DNA of 61,659 nucleotides from an uncultured Candidatus Saccharibacteria bacterium (GTDB taxonomy: Bacteria > Patescibacteriota > Minisyncoccia > Portnoybacterales > UBA2143): the NCBI GenBank assembly GCA_964649795.1, contig CAZYQY010000002.1, forward strand, positions 1 to 61,659, read 5' to 3'. Both the position numbers and the translations under genes were made by a program. Positions 10,138 to 16,586 of the stretch are shown in pieces; the stretch's first letter is position 1, and the number at the start of each line of letters is the position of its first letter. The notes beneath the pieces were generated by a model, which worked only from the letters and a program-made list of their open reading frames with translations, searched no databases and was not told the DNA's origin.

Positions 10138-11382
10138 TTAGGGCAAAAAATTCTGAAACCATCCTTTAATTGTCCTGATTGTTGAACCAATTGGAATTCC
10201 AGGAAGAGGAATTCCTCTCCTACTAGATCTGGCGCGTTTATCCATATTCCAAAGTATTAATCCAATAGCCGTAGCAAATGATGGATCGTCAATTTCATCT
10301 ATAGCGCCTTCTGTTTCCAAAGGAAATCCTATTTGTACTGGCAATTTCAATTCTCTCTTAGCCAAATCAACTAATCCAGGGATTTTAGCTCCTCCTCCCA
10401 AAAGGACTGCTCCTGCCGGCAATAATCCCTGACGGTCAACTTTTTTTAACTCATTATTGACTAATTCTAAAATTTCACATAATCGAGCTTCAATCATGCT
10501 AACCATTTCTATCCGAGGTATAATACCTCTTTCCTCCGGTTCTAGTTTAGACAAATCAACAATATCTTTTTTGCTAATTTCAGATGCTAAAGCTGAACCA
10601 TATTCTAATTTAACTTTTTCCGCCAAATCAATATTGCTCCTTATGCCAATAGCAATATCATTAGTAATATGCGAAGAACCAATCGGCAAAACATGACTAT
10701 GGACGATCTCTCCCTCTTCAAAAACTGTTAATCCAACTGTGCCACCTCCTAGATCTAAAGACAAAACGCCTAATTCCTTTTGTCTTTTGCTAAGAGCTGC
10801 TCGGCTGGCTGCTAATGGCGCTAAAATCATTTCCTCTATATCCAGACCGGCTTCTTCAATGCACTTCCTTAAATTTTTAATAAAAGGGACAGCTCCTTCA
10901 ATAATTAAAGCATCTACTTCCAGACGAACTCCATTCATGCCAACTGGCTCTTTAATCCCTTCTTGATTGTCAATAGAAAAATTTCTAGGAATAGTGTGCA
11001 GAATTTCTCTATTTTGAGGCACAGAGATAGCTGAGGCAGCTTTGATTGCTCTTTCGACATCCTCTTTTGAAACTTCACCATCTGCTCTGGAAACAGCTAC
11101 TACGCCTTTGCTAATTTTAGGAATAATGTGATTACCGCTTAAACTAACTAAAACACGTTCAATAGGCAAGCCACTACTTCTTTCAGCTTCCTGAATAGAT
11201 TGACTGATATTTTTAACTGTTTCTTCAATATCAACAACAGCTCCCCTGCGAAGTCCAAAAGAAGGCACTTTGCTAATGCCGATAATTTGAGGCTTTGTAT
11301 GATCAGCATTTATCTTAGCAACCACCGTTCGGATATAACAAGTACCGACATCTAAACCAACAATAATATTTTCTTTAGACAT
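10138..11382 (-). CDS. ftsA: Cell division protein FtsA
   Basis: Actin-like ATPase (GLDVGT, DLGGGT) located immediately upstream of ftsZ. Confidence 0.95.
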   Translation of the reverse strand: MSKENIIVGLDVGTCYIRTVVAKINADHTKPQIIGISKVPSFGLRRGAVVDIEETVKNISQSIQEAERSSGLPIERVLVSLSGNHIIPKISKGVVAVSRADGEVSKEDVERAIKAASAISVPQNREILHTIPRNFSIDNQEGIKEPVGMNGVRLEVDALIIEGAVPFIKNLRKCIEEAGLDIEEMILAPLAASRAALSKRQKELGVLSLDLGGGTVGLTVFEEGEIVHSHVLPIGSSHITNDIAIGIRSNIDLAEKVKLEYGSALASEISKKDIVDLSKLEPEERGIIPRIEMVSMIEARLCEILELVNNELKKVDRQGLLPAGAVLLGGGAKIPGLVDLAKRELKLPVQIGFPLETEGAIDEIDDPSFATAIGLILWNMDKRARSSRRGIPLPGIPIGSTIRTIKGWFQNFLP

Positions 11383-11869
11383 GATTTGTTTTTTTTAATA
11401 TTTTATCTTCCATTTCTTTCATCTCTTCTTCTTCCTGTCCACCTTTTTCGTGTTCATATCCCGATAGATGAAGGATACCATGGATCAACAAAATAGTCAG
11501 CTCTTTTTCTAAAGAATGGCCTAATCGCTTGCCTTGCTTTTTGGCTCTGGGATAACAAATAATTATTTCTCCCAATCTTTTTATTCCATCAGGTGGTTCA
11601 ATAAACTCTATATCTTTTCCCTTTCTCAGCCGAGGGAATGCCTTAGCCAAATACGGCAGAACTGATTTTCCACCGAATGCCAAAACATCAGTCACTCTGT
11701 TTCTGCCACGATACATTTTATTCAATTTTCTCATTCTGCCATCACCAACAATAGCTAAACTAATTTCTGTCTGTTCTTTTATACCTACTGTCCTTAAAAC
11801 AATTTTTGCTACTTTTTGAAAAAGCTTTTCATCTATTTTATTTTGAGTAAAATTATGAATCTCTAACAT
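11375..11869 (-). CDS. ybeY: rRNA maturation endoribonuclease YbeY
   Basis: HGILHLSGYEH zinc-binding motif. Confidence 0.9.
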   Translation of the reverse strand: MLEIHNFTQNKIDEKLFQKVAKIVLRTVGIKEQTEISLAIVGDGRMRKLNKMYRGRNRVTDVLAFGGKSVLPYLAKAFPRLRKGKDIEFIEPPDGIKRLGEIIICYPRAKKQGKRLGHSLEKELTILLIHGILHLSGYEHEKGGQEEEEMKEMEDKILKKTNHV

Positions 11870-11871
11870 TA

Positions 11872-12366
11872 TTATTTCTTCAGTTCTTCTTGAACAATTT
11901 TACTCACTATGTTCCCGTCTGCTTTGCCTTTAAACTGAGGCATTACGGCTCCCATAACCCTACCTGTTTCCTGAAGACTACTGGCTCCTAATTCTTCAAT
12001 TTTTTCTTTGACTAATCTTCTTATTTCTTCCTCATCTATTTGTTCAGGTAAATAATCAACTAAAATTTCTAATTCTTTTTTCTCTTGGTCAGCTAAATCT
12101 TTTCGGTTGCCTTTTTCATATTGTTCAATAGAATCTTTACGCTTTTTTGCTTCACTGGAAATTACTTCAATAACTTCTTCGTCAGTTAATTGACTCAATT
12201 TATCTAATTTTTCCAATTCTTCCTCAGTTTTGCTTATTTTATTCCTTTTCTCTTTTTCTTTGTTAAAAACAGCTGCCATAATCATACGTAAAACAGAAAC
12301 CGTCAAAGCATCTTTTTCTGTCATGGCTTTTTTAATATTTAATTGTATTTTTTCTTTTAGCATCAT
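11872..12366 (-). CDS. GatB/YqeY domain protein
   Basis: Size and the helical Lys/Glu-rich pattern (LKEKIQ..IKKAM..KD) are typical of YqeY. Confidence 0.65.
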   Translation of the reverse strand: MMLKEKIQLNIKKAMTEKDALTVSVLRMIMAAVFNKEKEKRNKISKTEEELEKLDKLSQLTDEEVIEVISSEAKKRKDSIEQYEKGNRKDLADQEKKELEILVDYLPEQIDEEEIRRLVKEKIEELGASSLQETGRVMGAVMPQFKGKADGNIVSKIVQEELKK

Positions 12367-12372
12367 CTTACA

Positions 12373-12624
12373 TTATCTTCTTTTCCATTTTGGTTCTTCT
12401 TTTAAAAGACCCATTTTTCTTAATTTCTCTTTTTCGCCTCCAATTTTAATACGCCTTAAAGCACTGGCTCTCCTTTCTGGTTTAGTTTTCCCTTTTTCTA
12501 AAAATCTAGCTTTGCGAGCACGAATTAAAATACCGCTTTGCTGAATCCTTCTAGAAAAACGCCTTAATAAACTACGAGTAGTTTCATTGTCTCTTTTTTT
12601 AATTTCAATAGCCACATGATCCAC
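12373..12624 (-). CDS. rpsU: 30S ribosomal protein S21
   Basis: SLLRRFSRRIQQSGIL..ARKARFLEKG is an S21-type basic sequence. Confidence 0.85.
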   Translation of the reverse strand: MDHVAIEIKKRDNETTRSLLRRFSRRIQQSGILIRARKARFLEKGKTKPERRASALRRIKIGGEKEKLRKMGLLKEEPKWKRR

Positions 12625-12631
12625 CTCCTTT

Positions 12632-13207
12632 TCAAGTTTGAATTTTTATTTCTTTTTCTTTATTAACTAATTTAATTAATTTTTCAACTAATTTTTTAGG
12701 ATTTGACTCATAAACAATCTTGCCAGGACCGCGATGAGAATTTTCTACAATTTTTTTAACTTCATCAGCTGTTCCTCCGCTGCCGATTAAAACACCTATG
12801 GGCTTATGGTCTTCAAAAGCAATAGTGAATTCATTCAAGGTTCCTATCCGTCCACAAACAATAATTACAGCGTCTGAAGAACGAGTTAAAAGCAAATTTC
12901 TACCAGCATAATTGAATCCGGTATAGATAATTAAATCATGAAAATCAATTGGCAAACGATATTTTTTAATATGGGCTTTTTCTGAAACAGCTGGCGAAAG
13001 TCCAATAACAATACCATTTTCTTCTTTAGCGCCAATTGCTGCCCAATAAGGCATACCAGAAGTAGCTCCAGTTACTAAAACTCCTCCTTGTTTAATAATC
13101 TGCCGACCAATTTCTTTAGACGATTCCAAAGCTCCTTCAGCACAGTGCCCTGTTTCAGCTGCGCCAGATACACAAATCTTATATTTTAAATAAGTTTTAC
13201 GTTTCAT
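12632..13207 (-). CDS. TIGR00725/LOG-like Rossmann-fold nucleotide-binding protein
   Basis: ICVSGAA...VLVTGATSGMPYWAA...GGTADE pattern of the LOG/DprA-like fold. Confidence 0.55.
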   Translation of the reverse strand: MKRKTYLKYKICVSGAAETGHCAEGALESSKEIGRQIIKQGGVLVTGATSGMPYWAAIGAKEENGIVIGLSPAVSEKAHIKKYRLPIDFHDLIIYTGFNYAGRNLLLTRSSDAVIIVCGRIGTLNEFTIAFEDHKPIGVLIGSGGTADEVKKIVENSHRGPGKIVYESNPKKLVEKLIKLVNKEKEIKIQT

Positions 13208-13310
13208 TTATTTAATCTTACTGTTTTTAATGGTTTTTGTCAAAAGATTATTTTGATTTTTAATTGAACACACTAATTATATCTTAATATATCAAATTTT
13301 AAAAATAAAA

Positions 13311-13338
13311 ACGAGGTACAACACTTGTCGTACCTCGT
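13311..13338. terminator. Hairpin terminator or insulator at the left edge of the DGR region
   Basis: acgaggtac-(10 nt)-gtacctcgt: a 9-bp perfect stem. The T-run ttttattttt follows on the minus strand, and atttt follows on the plus strand. Confidence 0.6.
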
Positions 13339-13826
13339 ATTTTAAAAATTCATTCAAAAGTCAAAGAGCAAAAGACCAATGACCACACTACTATAGAAAC
13401 AGCAAACTGCCAGAATAGTAGGCGTAGGCACCAGCCAAGTAAACCGTATTGTCGAAGTAGAGCTTGTCGTCGAAAGTCTGGAAGCCGAACGAATAGAACG
13501 AGATATTTAAGAAAGAAGAAGTTGATTGAGAATAAGGTTGTTAATCAATAGGTTAATTGCTAAACTCAACACGAAAGTAGGCTACTGCACCTTGGTTCAA
13601 GGATCGAGGTCGCCGAAATCCTAAGTCTCTAAAATTGCCAGAATCATAGTAATTACGGTTGCTATGAGCGCGCAAGAGAGATTTTAGATACTACTTACTG
13701 GTTCTTAGGGCGGGTGTCTTTTTTGGCTACCGCCAGATTAAATACAGGAAGCTTGAGTATATAGGTCACCTTAGGCGACAGTAACCCTCTGCTTCCAGTG
13801 GTAATAGACGAGAATCAGTAAAATTA

Positions 13827-13951
13827 CGGTTCCCGCTACAAGCATTCGGATAAGGTGCCGAATGTCTACCTCAACGACGACAAGCCGAAGCTCAACTGAA
13901 ACAACGCTGACAACTCGAATGACAAGTGGGGTTCCGCCTCGTGCCGTAGTC
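13827..13951 (+). repeat. DGR template repeat (TR)
   Basis: Aligns without gaps over 125 nt to the reverse complement of 15722-15846. 21 of 23 mismatches fall on TR adenines. An in-frame TGA occurs where VR has TGC. Confidence 0.85.
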
Positions 13952-13974
13952 TCTAAAATCAGAATTTACAAAAA

Positions 13975-13995
13975 AGCGTCCAATTGGAGGACGCT
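13975..13995 (-). terminator. Terminator immediately after the avd stop codon; also the hairpin following TR on the plus strand
   Basis: agcgtcc-aattgga-ggacgct: a 7-bp stem. Six T residues follow on the minus strand, and tttt follows on the plus strand. Confidence 0.65.
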
Positions 13996-13996
13996 T

Positions 13997-14356
13997 TTAG
14001 TTTAGGGATCTAATCCAGCCTCCGAGCATTCGGCCGATTTCCTGAATCTTTTCTTCCAGATTTAGGTATTTTTTATTATCCAGCATCTTAAACTCTCGAG
14101 CCATTCTAAGTAAAACTTTTAAAAGGTCAAATTTGTTATTCGCTTCTAATAGTTTTGCTTTTTTCTCTTGCTTATACGAGCTAACTGCGGATAATATCAA
14201 TTCCATAAAATCAATGATATTTTCTTCGCATTTCTTGCCCAACACATATTGATCCTTTTTAGGAAAGATTTTTAAACACTCATAGAACTCCTTGTAAAGA
14301 TCAGTTGTCTTTTTGAGGATTGGCGCCTCGCTTTGAATTTGGTTTAAATTTTGCAT
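13997..14356 (-). CDS. avd: DGR accessory variability determinant (Avd-like four-helix-bundle protein)
   Basis: 119-aa helical protein. LYKEFYECLKIFPKKDQYVLGKK and a C-terminal IGRMLGGWIRSL match the Avd / 23S-IVS four-helix-bundle family. Adjacent to the DGR RT and TR. Confidence 0.75.
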   Translation of the reverse strand: MQNLNQIQSEAPILKKTTDLYKEFYECLKIFPKKDQYVLGKKCEENIIDFMELILSAVSSYKQEKKAKLLEANNKFDLLKVLLRMAREFKMLDNKKYLNLEEKIQEIGRMLGGWIRSLN

Positions 14357-14358
14357 AT

Positions 14359-15409
14359 ATGAAGATTTATAAAGACATTTTTAAGGATATAATTTCAATG
14401 GAGAATTTGCTTTTGGCTTGGGATGAATTTAAAAAGGGCAAAAGAGAGAAACAAGATGTTCAGGAATTTGAGCTTCATCTAGAGGATAATCTGTTTGCCC
14501 TCCACCAAGAATTAAAAAGCAAGAAATACAAGCATGGCGACTATGTTGGTTTTTATATCAACGACCCAAAGAGAAGGCATATCCACAAAGCAACGGTCAG
14601 AGACAGAGTCGTCCATCATGCTATTCATCTAAAACTCTATCCTATTTTTAATCCGACCTTTGTTTACACCTCCTATTCATCCCGCAAAGAAAAAGGGACC
14701 CACCGGGCAGTTATTAAACTGGATAAAATGTTAAGGGCTGTTTATCAGACCCACGGCAGATGTTCTGTCTTAAAGTGTGATATTAAGAAGTTCTTTCCAA
14801 CTATTGATCATAAAGTATTAATGAAAATTATTGCCAAGCGGATTAAAGATAAAGATGCTTTGTGGTTGATAAAAAAGATTGTCAAAAGCTTTGAGTCGGA
14901 ATTTACCACCAAGAGAGATAAAAAAAGGAACCCCAATTGGCAATTTGACTTCTCAAATTTTGGTTAATATTTATATGAATGAAATGGATCAATTTATTAA
15001 AGACCAGCTTAAAGTTAAATATTATGTCCGCTACGCTGATGATTTTATTGTTGTTCATCATGCCCAGGATTATTTGCTGAGTTTGAAAGGTCAGATCGAA
15101 TCTTTTCTCAAAAAGAATCTAAAACTATCACTTCATCCGGGCAAAGTCACTATTCGTAAATACTACCAAGGGATTGATTTCTTGGGTTATGTAATCTTGC
15201 CTAAAGCCATTGTCTTAAGAACTAAAACTAAACAGAGAATTTTTAGGAAATTGAGACAAAGAGTAAAGGAATATAAACAAGAAAAAATAGATGAGAAAAC
15301 CTTCCTGCAATCGTTTAATTCTTATCTGGGAGTATTGAGTCACGCCAAGAGCTACAAGTTTGAGCAGGAATTAAAACACAAAATGTGGGAGTGGCTTAAA
15401 GAAGATTGA
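14359..15409 (+). CDS. DGR-type reverse transcriptase, reading frame interrupted at an A7 run (14920-14926)
   Basis: Joins ORFs 14320-14967 and 14879-15409. The probable start is the ATG at 14359 (MKIYKDIF...). Motifs seen are FFPTIDH, GTPIGNLTSQ (the DGR-specific IGxxxSQ), YVRYADDFIVV (YADD) and GIDFLGY. Removing one A at 14920-14926 restores ...RDKKGTPIGNLTSQ... Confidence 0.85.
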
Positions 15410-15436
15410 AATAAAAAAAGGGACAGCCGAGACCTG

Positions 15437-15560
15437 CTGCCCACATTGACTGAAACCCCAAAGGGCCCCAATTGTGGAGGACCAGCTGCCCCTTTCAGTC
15501 CACAATTGGACTAAAAAGAAACAACGGCCCATTGGTGGTATTCCCAATCAATGTAGGCAG
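15437..15560 (+). ncRNA. Candidate structured RNA element downstream of the RT (function unknown)
   Basis: GC-rich non-coding block. A closing helix ctgcccacattga / tcaatgtaggcag pairs at 12 of 13 positions. There is a perfect 10-bp ccaattgtgg / ccacaattgg pairing. It is interleaved with aaaggg / cccttt, which has pseudoknot topology. Confidence 0.3.
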
Positions 15561-15599
15561 CGCTTTTATTGTACTATAAAGATTATTAAAAATAAAGAA

Positions 15600-15623
15600 G
15601 GGTAGATCATTTTTGATCTACCC
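15600..15623. terminator. Bidirectional terminator between the RT and the convergent target gene
   Basis: gggtagatca-tttt-tgatctaccc: a perfect 10-bp stem with T-rich flanks on both strands. Confidence 0.75.
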
Positions 15624-15713
15624 TTTAAGTGCGCGTTTAGCGCAAAAATTTGTAGCGGTCGCCTTCGGCGAAAACAAGGAACAAGAAACCAAAAGGTCCA
15701 AAGTGTCAAGAAC

Positions 15714-16445
15714 CTAAGCCCGACTACGGCACGAGGCGGAACCCCACCTGCCATCCGAGTGGCCAGCGTCGTCGCAGTCGAGCTCCGGTCCGCCGTCGTC
15801 GAGGAAGACACTCGGCACCAAGCCCGAAAGCCTGTAGCGGGAACCGGTGCTCCAGAGATGATGATCTGATAACACATTCGTGTGAACACAAACAGCGATG
15901 TCTTCGTCGGTGATATGGCGCAGACGGTTTTGCTTTTTGATGATCTTTTCGGCGTCTTCGGGTGATTTACCGAGAGTGGCTTTCCCGGGCTCAACATCGT
16001 AGATATAATACGGATTTTTTGGGATTTCTTCTTCATTGTCGGTTATCTCGTTCGGATCAAGGTAGGTGTAGCCCATCTTGTCGTCATTGCGGACCATGGG
16101 CATAAGTCCATAGATGCCCATATAGGAACGGGGGATGACTGGCACGAACGGAATGTTTCCTTCGGGAACTTCCATTTCGGCCGCTTTGGATAAAACCTCG
16201 CTTTTTTTGTTCTGGAACGCTTCCAGAATGGCCTGTGGGCAGTTCCATGATTTCAGGGTTTCCATCTGGTTGTCAAACAGCTTGGCCAGTCCGTTCTTGC
16301 GGTCTTCAATCGTTTCGGCGTTGGCCTGTTTTTTGGCCTCGGCCACCACATCATCGATTACCTCGGCTCCCAGACCTTTGAAAAAAGCCGTTAGCTTGGC
16401 AATCAATCCTTCGCGCTGATCTTTGCACAAATCTTTCTTTGTCAT
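15714..16445 (-). CDS. DGR target (variable) protein with C-terminal VR
   Basis: 243-aa ORF, visibly GC-richer than its surroundings. It has a strong SD (aaaggagg). The last ~42 codons are the VR matching TR. Confidence 0.8.
   Translation of the reverse strand: MTKKDLCKDQREGLIAKLTAFFKGLGAEVIDDVVAEAKKQANAETIEDRKNGLAKLFDNQMETLKSWNCPQAILEAFQNKKSEVLSKAAEMEVPEGNIPFVPVIPRSYMGIYGLMPMVRNDDKMGYTYLDPNEITDNEEEIPKNPYYIYDVEPGKATLGKSPEDAEKIIKKQNRLRHITDEDIAVCVHTNVLSDHHLWSTGSRYRLSGLVPSVFLDDGGPELDCDDAGHSDGRWGSASCRSRA
15722..15846 (-). repeat. DGR variable repeat (VR) at the 3' end of the target gene
   Basis: See the TR feature. Encodes GSRYRLSGLVPSVFLDDGGPELDCDDAGHSDGRWGSASCRS. The 3'-terminal 26 nt are identical to TR (IMH-like). 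Confidence 0.85.
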
Positions 16446-16531
16446 GACAAACCTCCTTTGCTGGGTTTTAGTTTATTCTAAAAAATATTCCTATTTCAAT
16501 GTTCAAAATTCGTCAAATTTATCTTGCTGCT

Positions 16532-16560
16532 AATATATCACAATGCGATACTTTTGTCAA
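16532..16560 (-). promoter_or_regulatory. Sigma70-type promoter of the DGR target gene
   Basis: Minus strand reads TTGACA-17 nt-TATATT, about 85 nt upstream of the start codon. Confidence 0.5.
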
Positions 16561-16586
16561 GAAAATTTATCAGAGGCTATTTAGAA

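Noticed and set aside
13440-13500. Possible RNase P RNA. cgtcgaaagtctggaagcc resembles the P4 GGAAAGUCCGG box.
   Set aside because: I found none of the other universally conserved RNase P blocks on either strand, neither the ACAGAAnnCGGCUUA-type 3' P4 strand nor the GGUAA/AGGGUG modules. The resemblance is only a 9-mer inside the DGR non-coding region.
13381-13520. The minus-strand translation FGFQTFDDKLYFDNTVYLAGAY resembles the C-terminus of the second target (GFRVYVGSFDSDGLSVGSY). A possible inverted TR or VR relic.
   Set aside because: The nucleotide alignment is out of register. Mismatches are not restricted to adenines. The only exact shared string is an 8-mer (cggcttcc), which is at chance level for these lengths.
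14320-15409. The RT as a group II intron maturase or a retron RT.
   Set aside because: No domain V-like hairpin or intron boundary motifs flank it, and there are no msr/msd-type a1/a2 repeats. The IGNLTSQ motif plus an adenine-biased TR/VR pair and an Avd neighbour are DGR-specific.
15566-16419. ORF-track entries 15566-16036 and 16135-16419, and similarly 50749-51021, 50981-51340, 51123-51371, 51808-52008 and 30501-31112.
   Set aside because: These are alternative-frame or antisense ORFs that lie inside or overlap better-supported genes or RNA features. The GC-rich target genes and tsaC generate long open frames by composition alone. None has a motif, an SD or an independent context.
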